Shown piece after piece: positions 28,169 through 41,761 of a DNA stretch of 64,000 nt (its first letter is position 1; each line of letters begins with the position of its first letter). This DNA is from Octopus sinensis. Taxonomy: Eukaryota. Made by a program: the position numbers and the translations under genes. The stretch lies in assembly GCF_006345805.1 (NCBI RefSeq), contig NC_043012.1, forward strand, positions 25,668,001 through 25,732,000, in the 5' to 3' direction. Under the pieces are notes generated by a model. The model had not been told where the DNA came from. It did not search any database and saw nothing but the letters and a program-made list of their open reading frames with translations.

Positions 28169-29511
28169 CTCTTTCTCTTTATCAATCATCCTTAATATTC
28201 TCTTTGAAAGCCTTTCATTACTTTTGCTCACTCTTATTTTGTCTTTCTCTGTATCTCTATCCTCATCTCCCCTCTCTCTTTCTCTCAATCTCTTCTCTTT
28301 CATTTTCTGTCACTCTGTTATTTAAACTTCCATTTTTATATTTTAAAATAAAAAAAAAAAAATAATAACTGAGTCACAGGAAAAGTTGTTGCTGTGGTGG
28401 TAGGGGAACAATGCTCATGATCTTTGCTGCTTGTCTCCAACTGAAATAAATTCTGTGAGATAGAAAGGTAAAGAGGAAGAGGTAGATGTTTAGCCAAAAT
28501 AATTGCTGGGAAAACACGGTTGAGTACGAATCCTTTTCAAATCGCACTAAGTGAACTTGTATGGGTTATAAACTGGAGAATATATGCCTACTGCCTAGTC
28601 CCAAAATATCTAAGGACCGCAAAACTTTTGTTCTTGTTGCTTTTCTCGTTGTTCAACCACAGGTTAGCATTTGTAAATTATCAAAAGGACTGCATTGTTA
28701 AATTTAATATTTGCTCTATGCCAATTCATTTCTTAATGGTTTTAGCATCTATTTCTAGCAAAGCTCAGGAATAATGGTATCTACATTTCCTCACGTATAT
28801 AGTTCTGAAATGGTACTTTTAAGCGATGTAGATTATATCTACTACACGAAGAGGTAGACACATTAATGATGGATTTCATTTAGGTTTGTTCTATAAACCA
28901 TATCAGAATACTATAAACCATATCAGAAAATCTCTTTGTTATCTCTGAAGCAATGTTTGTTGGTGTCAGAAGGTGGGGCGGGCTGTGAGGCACCGCAATA
29001 TTCTGGTGGGCGTATGTTAATTTAGAATTGGATGCAAGTAGGACTTACAATAAAATGGTGATGAAGAAATATATTTTCTTTCTATTTATCTATCTATTTA
29101 TCAGACTGTCTGTCCGTCTGTCAGTCTCTCTGTCTGTCTCTCAGTCAGATTGTTTGTCTACCGCTCCCTTTATCTGTAATAAATATTTCTTGACATAGTC
29201 TTTTATATTCTGTGCATTTTTATTCTTATTTTTCGCAATTTTTTTCGATTCAACTATCGATCACAATTATTATTTCGCTGGGGGCCTGTCTAGCCCTACT
29301 TGCAGTCACTTATGAACTGTTAATTTTCAGATTCGTTACCTAATGATCAGATTTAAATGCATGCTTTGAATTGCTATCTATAAAAAATATATAATTTCAA
29401 TAGATACTCGCATTTTATAAAATTTCATCTTTCTGTATTATCCCAAATCTCTGACGAACATGAGATTCTAAGTAACAGTTTTTGAATGTCTTTTGGCTTT
29501 AAACAGAACAG

Positions 29512-29588
<77 letters not shown>

Positions 29589-30041
29589 ATATATATATAG
29601 TTATAAATATATACATATATATTTTATTTTTACACACACATATGCATATATATTTATACACATATCTATATTCGTGTGTGTGTGTGTGTGTGAGTTCAAA
29701 TATAAAATATAAGTTCCATAACAAATTCCTGATGGCGTGCGTGATATTTGTTAATATTGTCCCGGACGGGGCGTGGAAGAAGCATGCTTCAGGAGTAGTG
29801 CTCAATACCAGCATATCATCACCGTTCTATTTACTTCCTTCCTTCCCCCCATTTACTCATTCCGCTTCCTTTTTCTGTTAACATCACATCATATCTCATC
29901 CACCTCCAAAGATATTCAGCGCAGTTATTTTTTAAAAATTTATCAATTCTTTTAATAAATTTCTCTCCGAGATTCCGTTGTCTCTCACGCATATTGTATG
30001 TCAATACCTTGCACTTCTTATAGAAACATTTCGGTTCCCAG

Positions 30042-30084
<43 letters not shown>

Positions 30085-30359
30085 ATGAGAGATAGATAGA
30101 TATAGATAGATATTCATATATTTACTTCGCTACAACCGTCACATACGCTCAGTAACTTTAAAAAATACCATTCTTTAAAAAATATTTATTACTCGAGGAA
30201 AGGATAGAGTACAATATCTTAAAGTAGGGATCTTAACATTTCTTATATGTACGGCAGTACAGTGATATGCACGAAACATTTCACCCCCAAATACAAACCA
30301 ATATGGATTGTATGTATATATATATATATATACACACACACAGACACAATTACCAATCT

Positions 30360-30435
<76 letters not shown>

Positions 30436-30620
30436 GATATATATATATATATATCTACACACACACACACGCATGCATTTGTACATATATGTTCTGAATA
30501 TATAAAAGAATAAAATAATATATATACATATGTCTTTTACATATATATATACTAAATTTCTTATATCCACTCACTTGAACACGCACCACACACTCACAAA
30601 AACACAGACTAACATACATG

Positions 30621-30652
<32 letters not shown>

Positions 30653-30943
30653 GCGTGTGTGTGTGTGTGTATGTGTGTATGCATACATATACATACGTGT
30701 CTTAAATTTCGAACGTGAATTTGTAGGCGGATGTTTAGGTGTTGTCGATAAGGAAAATGCTATTGAAGCGTATGTTACAGAACCTAATCTGAGATTTTCG
30801 TGTCAATTCACGAACTTTTCAAACGTTTGTATATAGTGGGTGACATTGCCTGACTGAGTCAGAAGACCATGACCTCCACTAATGGTGATTGTTCCAGATA
30901 TACTGAAACTTACGTCAGTGATCTACTCTCCAACTAATGCTAT

Positions 30944-30979
<36 letters not shown>

Positions 30980-31539
30980 CATACACATATATACATATGT
31001 ATATATATATGTGTGTGTGTATGTATGTATATATATACTATGTATATATGTGTAGGTATGTGAGAATGATTATGTGTGCCTGTGTGTCTAATGTAAAAGT
31101 ACTTAAGCATCTGCGCAGACACGAGACTATATTTGGTGTGAAATTTCCCTTCATAAACTTGTGCTAATTTAAGTAACTTTTACTCATGCACCAACACATA
31201 CACCTTGATTCCGTCGCCGCGCAACACCACACTGCTCGTATATTTCGCTTGGACAACGTTACACACAGGCACTCACACAGAGACAGAGACAGACACATAC
31301 ACACAGACATACACACATATATGAGAATGTGTGTGTGTTTCGTTGTGTGAGCTGTCGAGTAAAAAAAACCACATCAAAAATTTTATTGATGCTTCATTCT
31401 TAATTTAACCAGATTTCACTTCGCTATTGATACACGACTAATTTTTTATTCTTTACTGAGTCGGAATGCGTATTAGAAGATTTATCTGTTTGTGGTGCAA
31501 TTCGACTGAATGATATTTTTTCTAGGTTTTCACCCTTTT

Positions 31540-31731
31540 ACCATAAAGAAAAGGCCGGAACTTTGTGGTAAGTACAGCAAGTCGATGCATTCGACCCCGT
31601 TGCGCTAATGTTACCGACACCAGAAACGATAAGTCGACCTCGGCGGAATTCGAACTCAGGATGTAAAGACTGACGAAATACCGCAAATATTTTACCCGTC
31701 TTGCTAACGACTCTGTCAGCTCGCGGCCTTA
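31540..31731 (-). mobile_element. Diverged A-type SINE
   Basis: aagtcgacctcggcggaattcgaactcaggatgtaaagactgacgaaataccgc...tgtcagctcgcggcctt. Confidence 0.8.
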
Positions 31732-32159
31732 AAGAGTCAATTTTAATATTTTCACATCAAAAGTCTTAGGTATTAGGGCAACTACTGAAAGAAAGTTGTC
31801 CATTTATTTTAATCAAAAATCACAGATTAAGGGTGGGGCAGTAACTGACGCTCCTTGGAGAGTCTTGTCCAATTCTCATTGGCGCACTATTTTGCCATCT
31901 TAATTAAAAATTCCCCGATACGTCACTTCGAGACGCATCAATGAAACATTCTGCTGATTGTCGTAACGCGGGCAAGAAGCTCGTGTTGACCGATGCGTTT
32001 CCCGTTGCTTAAGGACGATGAACACAAGGTAACATGTCGAGAATCATTTGTCGTGACAAAAGTAATGGAACGCAGTGCTGGAAAATTACAGTCTCCATAT
32101 GGAAGCCGTGGGCGTCGCGGTCTTAAAACAGATCTTTCTTATAAGAAATCTTTTATGTA

Positions 32160-33340
32160 CACAGACACGACAGAAGTAAATAGACAGCCCTTAAAATTTT
32201 GCTTTATGTTTATTCTGACTTGTAAAGGTATATAAGCTTAAAATATTGGCATTTTTATGTTTCACGCTCTGTATGTGACTGTTTAATCATGACATGAACA
32301 AAAAATGCCTTGGAACAGTCTGAATTTCAAAGAGGCCTTATTTTGGGTCATTCTGAAGAGGTGGACAAAGCGTAAAATCGCAGAAAACCTTTGGATCCCG
32401 CTTTTTACAGTTAATAGAGAGATTGTGCAATTCACCAGCGAGGGGAAGGTGTTCACATCCCCACATCGAAATCAACCAGGGCCCTCTGACCGGACCCTTT
32501 TCTTCGTTAAGAGAAGTATGGAGGATAATCCCCGTTGCAAGACCTCTGACATAGCAGAACAAGTTGATGTTAGTCCCAGAACAGCTGGCAAGTATCTCCA
32601 AAAACTTGGTTCTTATGGCAGAGCATCAAGAGGGAAGTCACTTCTTTGAACAAGGGGAAAAATACTGGGCCAGTGAAATAGTGGAGGTGCCACTATCTGT
32701 CATATTCTCTGATTTGCTGTATTTTCTGACAGCGGTCGTGTGTAGGGCTGCAGACTTTGTGATCAAGAAATTTGATGTGAAAAGATTCTATGATGGTCTG
32801 GGGAGCAATTTGGAGCAATGGTTGATCAAAACTAGTGGAGTATGAGGGAAACATAAACAATATTGCAGAAAGGACTCCTTCCAATCCTTCTCCATTATTG
32901 AAATGATTAAAGAAGACTTTTTTTACTTATGGAAGATGGGGCTCCTTGTCACACGGCTAAAATGACCCAAGATTTGTTGGATGAGAATTGTATTAAAAAG
33001 CTTCCATAGCGACGCCAGTCACCGGATATGAACCCAACCCAACACCTCTGGGACATAACGGACAGGACAATTGATAAAAATAACAAGAAAGCATCTTCAA
33101 AGCCAGATCTTTTGGGATTAATGCATGAAACTTTTCAAGAAATTCCGCAAGAGAATATTCGCCATCTGATCAATAACATGCGTAATAAGGCCCTTGCATT
33201 GAAACACACATAGAGCATGTCTACTAAATATTAAATATTCACATTATAACAATTAATAAATAATTAGATTATATAAATTCAGATATATATAAATTTTAAT
33301 GATTATAAGGATGGGCATTTTATTCTGTATGTATTTATGA
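32160..33340 (+). mobile_element. Degenerate Tc1-family DNA transposon; termini poorly preserved
   Basis: TA followed by cacagacacgacagaagtaaatagacagccc at 32158 resembles a Tc1 TIR; only a weak inverted match at 33307-33340; encloses the transposase remnant. Confidence 0.55.
32305..33234 (+). pseudogene. Tc1 transposase pseudogene (DD34E type; catalytic E mutated to Q; frameshifts and stops)
   Basis: N-terminal HTH-like region (KRKIAENL...VDVSPRT...YLQKLG); VIFSD; EDGAPCHTAK...LP*RRQSPDMNPTQHLW with exactly 34 codons between D and the E position; ends STKY*. Confidence 0.9.
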
Positions 33341-33607
33341 AAACTTGCATATAAACACACACAGTCATATACATACATATCTAGACACACATACTGACAC
33401 ACAGATACACACATACATACAGAAATAATCTCCGTCTGTGGGTGCATGCGTGCCACTATCTGTGTCTTCTTATGTATGCAAAAATGTAAATATACATATA
33501 TATATATATACATACGTACACATCTATACATACCTACAGACATACATAAATACATAAATACATACGCGCTTGTACGTTCGTGTTTATATACATATATATG
33601 CACACAT

Positions 33608-33663
<56 letters not shown>

Positions 33664-34340
33664 TAATGTGTGTGTGTATAAATTATATATATATGCGTGT
33701 GTGTGTGTATGAATATGTGTACACATATGTACGTATGTGACTGGATGCTTACACACACATACACATATTTATGCGTGTACAATTCCGTTTGTATTTTGAA
33801 AACTGTTTTCTTCCATTTTTTCTCATTTCCTTCAGAAATAGAACTGAGTTTACACGAACCGCTTTAGTTTATTTTTCATATTTCCCTTCCATTCTCGATG
33901 TCTTATTGCTTATGTCTCAATTTCTTTTTTTCCTTATTCTGCATATTCTTTATATGTAAAATCGCCTTATGCTTCTTTGCATTATCGGTATTCTCATACA
34001 CGTATCTATTTACTCATCCTATTTTAATTCCATTCAGCTTTATTATGTATACTCTCAGTTTCTGTTTTCTCACCATTTTCAGTTATCGATTGTCAATCTT
34101 TAACTTCTGTAGCAATGACGACATGAAAACAGAAACGGAACTATATATTCTTGACGACAGTAAATGTACTATCGGGGGTAGTGATATTAAAAAAATAGTT
34201 TCATTAACGACGGTAATAACAAAAGAAGCGTTACACTCGCTCCTAGTGTTTCTACAACAACTTCTTTCTAATAATTTTCATAATTGGTATATACTTTAAT
34301 AAAAAAATTAATACTTACAAAAAAAAAAAAATAATAATAA

Positions 34341-34831
34341 CTGCCGTGATGCAATACCAGGCACTGGTTCTCGTGGTGTCTGGTTTTAATTACTTGGATG
34401 TATTATGCTTACTTTTGTCTATCTGTAAAATATTCTGCTCAATAACGCAGGTTGCATGTCACTTGTTTGAACATAACCAGTTGAAAATGTACCTTGGAGG
34501 CTGATGATATGTGCATTTCTGGTTACGAGCAGAAGTAGTGGGGCCAGCATCATAGTCATGTGTTTGGAGGAGTTCTTTGTAGTTTGTATAATTCACCTCT
34601 GGAAACATGGGTGTATCGATCGATATCCTTCAACAAATCTCATTCAAGGACCTTTTGAGCAGGATCGTTTACTCTACATGAAGAAAGTTCTAACTGGGCC
34701 CCAGCTACAAACTCATGCGTGGTTATTTTGATATGAGATTACCATGTTGCGCACATACGGTGGTGATGCATGTGCCTGGTGTACCCTTGTCAGACAGGTA
34801 GTCATGATGGGTAAGCATGCACTGCTCTCTC
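34341..34831 (+). mobile_element. ~490-bp non-coding element bounded by (AAT)n on both sides (putative non-autonomous retroelement)
   Basis: ataataataa at 34331-34340 and the AAC/AAT array from 34832; higher GC than flanks, no coding signal. Repeat status is from recollection of Octopus repeats, not shown within this window. Confidence 0.5.
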
Positions 34832-34855
34832 AACAACAACAATAAAATAATAATC

Positions 34856-34910
<55 letters not shown>

Positions 34911-36943
34911 GACCAACTCTTAATCAATCGCATGATCCTTTAGACCTGTCATAGATAACGCAGAAATTTCAGTTCTGCATGGATTGATTATAAAAATGCC
35001 TTCGACAACATACTGCATTCATGGATCATGAAATCGCTGGATATCTTCAAAATTTCTCCTGTGATTTCAAGCTTCCTGAAGCACAACATGTCAATGTAAA
35101 ATGCGAATCTTCAATTATACCACTCTCATGGACTACTGACCACACAAAAATATTAATATCGACTGCGGTATTTTCCAATGTGATTCACTTTCACATTTAA
35201 TTTTCTGCATAGCCCTAATACCCTTTACATGTTAACTTAACAATACAGGGCATGGAATTAAAATTGGCGACAAGACAATAAGTCATCTATTTTATATGCA
35301 AGACTTAAAACTCTATGGTAAAGACGATAATGAGCTTGAAGGACTACTACGTACAGTGAAAGCATTCAGTGATGATATTGGGATGGAATTCGGTCTTGAT
35401 AAATGTGCCAAAGCCACTTTCCTGAAAGGGAAACTGAAGACCTCACATTCAGTGGTTTTGATGTTGACACTGTCATAAAAGATATCGACCAGGAATAAAC
35501 TTATAAATACCTCGGAATAAATGAGGGCTCTGGCATTCAACATGTAAGTATGATAGAGAAGATCAGGAAGGAGTGTAACACGAAACTTCGAGCATTCCTA
35601 AAATCCAAATTAAATACTCGTAACATGGTGTTAGCTATAAATTCTTTAATATTTCCAGTTGTTATTTACAGTTTCAATGTGTTGAAGTCGAATATAAGCG
35701 AAATAAGAAAGATTGACAGGAAAATCCGTAAGCTCCTGATTTGCAATAGGGTGCAGCACCCAAAGGCAGACACAGATCGTCTTTACCTACCCAGAGCTCA
35801 AGGAGGTCGGGGCTTGATACAATTTGAAACCTACAAAACCACAACAATTGGACTGACAAAATATTTTGAAATATCTAATGACTGGAAGCTAAAGCTCTTT
35901 GAAACATGAATACCGAGAAGCTACATTCTGTTATGCAGGAGAGCAAAACATTTTCGAGTGAGTTTATGCATAATACACAGATTGAACAGCGTGAGGGAAG
36001 TGCAGCAAATGTAGTTGCAAAGAAGGTGAAATCGATAGCAAGGCAAAATGCGCTTGAACAATTGGCGCATAGGTGGGAACAAAAACCTCTGCATGTCAAA
36101 TTTGTGGCCCGTAGCAAATAAGCTGATGTAGACGAGAAGCACACCCATTAGTGGCTACGGAGATCAGGGCTAGATGCAGAGAGTGCAGCTTTTATGTTGG
36201 CTACCCAAGATCAGAACTCATCGACCCGGAGCTATCAAGTCAATGTGATGAAAAATGGTTTAGACACAAAGTGCCGATACTGCAACGATGGGATAGAAAC
36301 AGTGGACCACCTAATCTCTGAATGTGAGGTTTTAGCACCTGTAGACAACAGATTCAATACAAAACAGAGTTGGCCAATATCTATATTGGATAATGTGTCG
36401 GCATTATGAAATGCAAACTGCTGACAAATGGTACAAGCACCACCCTGAGGTTATAACTGAGGAGACTTCTATTTTCCAGTCTACACCGACAGCACAATCC
36501 AGACTAAACCGCCAGCCATTGTCAATAAAGACAGAGAAGAAACTACTTGTAGACTAAAAGATGTAAGTGTTCTAACTAATAAACAACTATCTGTAAATGA
36601 ATTTGAGAAATTAAGGAAATATAAGGATCTGGAAATTGAAATGTCATACAAAAGAAATGACATCTTAAAGCGACAAGGTTCCCTGTTATTGTGGATGCCG
36701 TTGGTATGATAAGGGATGGCAGAAACGTCTCAGGAGAACCATGACTCAGAGAAATCTAAAAGAATGTGCAGACAAGTAGTACCTACATCCTTCGAAAAAA
36801 CCTATCAATTTAAATGTATTGTATGAAGATATTTCGGCACATAATCATACCAAGGTTTCAGTCATATTGCAAAATTTCTTATACTTCACTCGCCCTAGGT
36901 CGCTGGGTGTGTTTCGGGAAGTGACTGTAAGAAACATGCAGAT

Positions 36944-36945
<2 letters not shown>
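34911..36945 (+). mobile_element. 5'-truncated R4/Dong-type non-LTR retrotransposon (RT + CCHC + restriction-like endonuclease), inactivated
   Basis: AWIDYKNAFD (~34977), GIFQCDSLS, HLFYMQDLKLY, FGLDKCA, YKYLG, RLYLPRAQGGRGL, CRYCNDGIETVDHLISEC (CX2CX8HX4C, 36272-36325), KLRKYKDL; many stops/frameshifts; (AAT)n on both sides. Confidence 0.9.
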
Positions 36946-37009
<64 letters not shown>

Positions 37010-37303
37010 GTTTCTCTAATCAGTAAAAAGCGTAAAATGTTGACTTCAACGTTAATATTTCTGATGACTCTTGCTCAGTATTACTTTAAACTAACCAAAT
37101 TTTTAATTAATTTTTACTGCTTACGTATCGTAATTGCATAATTAAATACTTAATTTTGTTTATTCTTAATGAAACAGGTGTTGAAAGTAATTAAATTTTG
37201 ATATATATGAAATTTATGGATTTTATGATCTTTTGCATTTATTATATATGCATTATACGCACTCACACCCACCTACAACACACACACACGCATATATAAA
37301 TAA

Positions 37304-37338
<35 letters not shown>

Positions 37339-37755
37339 ATATTATCTAATAACTATATAACACATATTTTCCCGCACGTTTGTATAAATTATGGAAATAA
37401 GTAGAATAATCTTACGTAGGTTTTCGTAGCAAATGTGCGAGAGAAAGAAACAGAGAATGACGAAAGAGAGAGAGAGAGAGAGGTGAGAGAGAGGAGGAAG
37501 ATATAGGGAGGGTGGGAGAGATAGGGTGAATGAACAATGGAGTAAAGAAACTGGACGAATTAATCAAAATGAGAAGAAATATTAGCAGGAAAAGCAGCAA
37601 ATATAGAAATGAAGAACGACGATGAGAAAATTCCAGAAGAAAAGCAATACCAGGAAGATAGGTAAAAGCGTAGGTGCCAAACAGAACCATACTCCATTTA
37701 ATAAAATATGAAAAACTGCTAAAGAAGCAGAAAATGATTATATATATATATATAT

Positions 37756-37930
37756 ATAGAATGGTTGTATACTGTCAATTTAACAAGAACGTGACAGTAG
37801 GTGGTACACCACCGCTGTATAGCCCTAGGAAGAACATCGAACGCCTACTCGATGCTTCCTAGGGCTATACAGCGGTGGTGTACCCCTACTGTCACGTTCT
37901 TGTTAGATTGACAGTATACAACCATTCTAT
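37756..37930. repeat. Near-perfect 175-bp palindrome (~83-bp arms, 8-nt loop)
   Basis: atagaatggttgtatactgtcaat...ctaggaagaacatcga-acgcctac-tcgatgcttcctag...attgacagtatacaaccattctat; 1 substitution and 2 small indels. Confidence 0.95.
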
Positions 37931-38961
37931 CGCCCCACCACCGTACATGTCTCTACGAGAGATTTAGAAATTCAATATTTCTTATATATATATATATATA
38001 TATATTATATATTATATATATATACTCACACCAAGCGACATATACATGCCTATATATGTGTGTGTGTGTGTGTAGTGTGTGTTGTATGTATCATTCACAG
38101 AAATACATGTATATGGGTGATGGCTATATAACAGCTACACAGAAACATTTTGTTTCTTTGTTAGTATGTGCATACATGTGTATCTATATCAGGAACACAA
38201 CGGGTTACAGTGAAAGAGAGGAATCTATGACCAAAATGTTTACTTTTTGTGAGTAAAACCAAAGCTGGCAAAATTGATAAGAAGAAGGGAAATGGAGTAA
38301 AACAAAGGAAAAAATGAGAGAGAGAGAGAGGGAGAGAGAGATAGAGGCGGGGGAAGAAGTATAGGCAGTGAAATGGAGAGACGGAACGACAGAATGAAGG
38401 TGGACTGTCGTCAGCTAGAGTAGGCGATTGTGAGTTTTAGAGAATAGAGGAATAGTAATAAGAGAGCGAAGAAAACATAAATGAATGTTCTGAAAATTGA
38501 GTGTTGGTGTACTCGTAGATTGGAAATTTTGATTGTGAAGGAGGAAAACCATTATGATGTTCATGAATATTTCAAAGTACGATAAATTGATAAACGAACA
38601 AAAACATAATAGTGAGAAAGGAGAAGAATTAAAGAATTAAAGAACGAGGGGGTATAAGGCTTTAGTGTTATACAAACATATCTTATCAGAGATAAGGCAA
38701 AGGAGAATAGGGTGCATAGTTAAAAGAGAGGAGTGGGTAAATAGGTTAAAAGGAAATTGATAAATATATTGATTATATATACGTGTATATATATAATATA
38801 TATATATATATAGATATATATATATGCATGTGTTCGTGTTTGTAACGGAATAAATGTGCATACGTAAATGTATAGATGTTCATTCTATATGTATATATAT
38901 ATACATACATATATATATGTATATATACATACATATATATTATATACATACATACATACAA

Positions 38962-38996
<35 letters not shown>

Positions 38997-39029
38997 CAAT
39001 ATATATAACATACATCTACATATACATAC

Positions 39030-39067
<38 letters not shown>

Positions 39068-39178
39068 TATATACATATATATATACATACATTTATAGAC
39101 TTACATACATATATATATTCAACATATATATACATATATATATACATACATACCTAACATATATATAGATACATATAC

Positions 39179-39278
39179 NNNNNNNNNNNNNNNNNNNNNN
39201 NNNNNNNNNNNNNNNNNNNNNNNNNNNNNNNNNNNNNNNNNNNNNNNNNNNNNNNNNNNNNNNNNNNNNNNNNNNNNN
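39179..39278. other. Assembly gap (100 N)
   Basis: Run of exactly 100 N, typical of a scaffolding placeholder. Confidence 0.99.
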
Positions 39279-39362
39279 TGTGTGAGTGTATAGGGAAAAT
39301 ACGCAGAAGAAATAAGAAACTGATAAAAGCAATCTCCGCAAATGTAACGCAAATTATCGTGC

Positions 39363-39402
<40 letters not shown>

Positions 39403-39644
39403 ATGTGTATATATAAGTGCTACTTAATTAATTGCCTTCTTTTCTTCTTCATCACTGAAAAAAAAATAAGAAAGCCAAAACAAAACTGTACAAAATGTTA
39501 TGATGCGTAATTACCACAATCACTTAAATATATAGAGGTACACATACGCACACACATACACGCACGCGCGCGCGCGGACGGCGGGATCTCACACACCCGA
39601 ACACACCTACACCCACGCACACGCAGGTATACACACACACTCAG

Positions 39645-39690
<46 letters not shown>

Positions 39691-39954
39691 CATATGTGTG
39701 CGTGTATTTGCATGTGTGTGTACGTATATCTAACAATATCTATCTGACAGTGTGGAAAATTCTATACATATGCTTAGCTATATAAGCACATACAATCACA
39801 CACAAGCGTATTATATATATATATATATATATCGAATTACATTTGTGTATAAGAATGCTCGAATACACACAGATACACATATATATATATCTACATGCAT
39901 ACACAACACACACGCACACACATATATATATCGTTATATATATCATTATATATA

Positions 39955-40006
<52 letters not shown>

Positions 40007-40122
40007 GTGTGTAGCGAGAGAAAGAGAGAGAGCGGTAAGTGAGAAGAAAGAAGCGTATAGACAGAAATATAGAGATTGGTTGAGAGAAATTTGAAGTTAT
40101 ATAAACCTAGACAGATAGAAAG

Positions 40123-40207
<85 letters not shown>
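40123..40207. repeat. (GATA)n microsatellite
   Basis: Direct reading; similar arrays at 43872-43950, 47615-47699 and 49855-49973. Confidence 0.95.
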
Positions 40208-40208
<1 letters not shown>

Positions 40209-40531
40209 ATGTAAGTGCTTGTGAGTTAACGTGATTAAATGAAACCATTGATTCATTGATTGCTATAAAAAGAATCGAATATATCAAAGAGAAGAGTGGT
40301 GGTGGTGCCGGGGGAGGTTAGGAAAAAAATATTAGTTCAAGTCTTTTACTGTATAGGAATTGGTTATTGTTCATCTTTTCTTGAAACGGAATGTAAATAT
40401 GAGTTAATTGGTCAATCGTAATTGCAGTTCGTTAGGTATTAGAAGAAATAGATCTAATATAGAGCACAAGTCAGAAATACTATCTTGTTAGATTGTTTAG
40501 GTGAAGGATTCCCGTTTCTACCTTATCCACT

Positions 40532-40752
40532 TAAGAGGGGCTGTCGAAAAGTTGCTGGCGATAAGGGTATCCCCAAAGGGGTGGCTGGAAGCCCAAATTT
40601 TCGAATTCCTTTATAGGGCTTACAAAATCTGAAGGGTCGCTGTAATAATTGTACAAATCTTAGAGGGGAATCTGATGAATAAAATCATTTCTAATTGATC
40701 TCCTTTATTTTCATTTACCCAAGTCCAGGAACTTTTCAGCATTTCTTCCTAT
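40532..40752 (+). mobile_element. Mariner-derived MITE / internal-deletion derivative
   Basis: Diverged TIRs taagaggggctgtcgaaaagttgctggc and tccaggaacttttcagcatttcttccta; the interior encodes LQNLKGRCNNCTNLRGESDE*, resembling the mariner C-terminal KCVxxxGxYxE*. Confidence 0.7.
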
Positions 40753-40783
40753 ACACATTAGCACCGTCTGGTAATTCGTAATT

Positions 40784-40825
<42 letters not shown>

Positions 40826-40830
<5 letters not shown>

Positions 40831-41243
40831 TTAGAGATAAAACCACTACTCAAACAGTGACAGACATAAACCAATACATAAATAACAAAAAATATAAATA
40901 TGATTAATATAATATAATAATATACATATATAAAATATAAAATTTAAAATTTTAAATTTTTAAATTTTAATATTTCTAAATTAAAATTTTTTTTACTAAC
41001 CAAAAAGTATAAAAAAATAAATATATATAATAAGTAAAACACTACGTACGTTTGGTTTGTAAAAATTAAAATTAAAAAATATAAAATTTAAAATTTAAAA
41101 ATATAAAAAATTAAATTTTTTAATTTTATATTTTAATATATTTTATATATTTATTAATTATATTTATATTTTTTGTTATTTATGTATTGGTTTATGTCTA
41201 TCACTGTTTGAGTTGCCTAATAGTGGTTTTATTTCTAATTTAA
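40826..41243. repeat. ~420-bp AT-rich fold-back element next to (TA)n
   Basis: ttaaattagagataaaaccacta...caaacagtgacagacataaaccaatacataaataacaaaaaatataaatat is mirrored at 41150-41243; inner tttttactaaccaaa / tttggtttgtaaaaa. Confidence 0.85.
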
Positions 41244-41349
41244 TTTATATTTATAGTGTGAAATTTGATTTAATCCTATATCTAAATTTTCCCTGTAAGT
41301 TTGGATATACTCCCAAATATTATATATATGTATATAATTACGAAGTGAA

Positions 41350-41580
41350 AGCGCATAGTCTAGTGGTTAGGGAGTTGCACCTGTAATCATGAGACGTTGG
41401 TATCAATCCCTGGAGTGGCTGGTGCCATGTGATCCTGAGTAAAAATATTTCATCTGAGGATGCTTTGCACTCGCTTCGACACCTGATGTGTGGTACTCCA
41501 TCCACCTGCTCTGGTTCTGGGAATGCTATTTGATGAACAGAGTGACCTGATGTATAGCATATACGTTTGACTATAGAAAT
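41350..41580 (+). mobile_element. Old tRNA-derived SINE (family F)
   Basis: A-box-like tagtctagtggttagg, B-box-like ggtatcaatccc, then tgtgatcctgagtaaaaatatttcat (CORE-like). Confidence 0.5.
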
Positions 41581-41716
41581 CGCTTGTGCACTTTGTTCGG
41601 CGAGAAATTTCAGAAGCGTCTAGCTCACACTACGAGGGAGAGAAAGGAGGGGGACAAAAAGAGATAGTGAGAGATCCTCATGATCATGTATGTATGTCTG
41701 TATGTATTATGGATAT

Positions 41717-41761
<45 letters not shown>

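Noticed and set aside
28891-28928. 20-bp tandem duplication ctataaaccatatcagaa(ta)
   Set aside because: Ordinary local slippage; only two copies with no spacers, so not CRISPR-like. No CRISPR array exists in the window.
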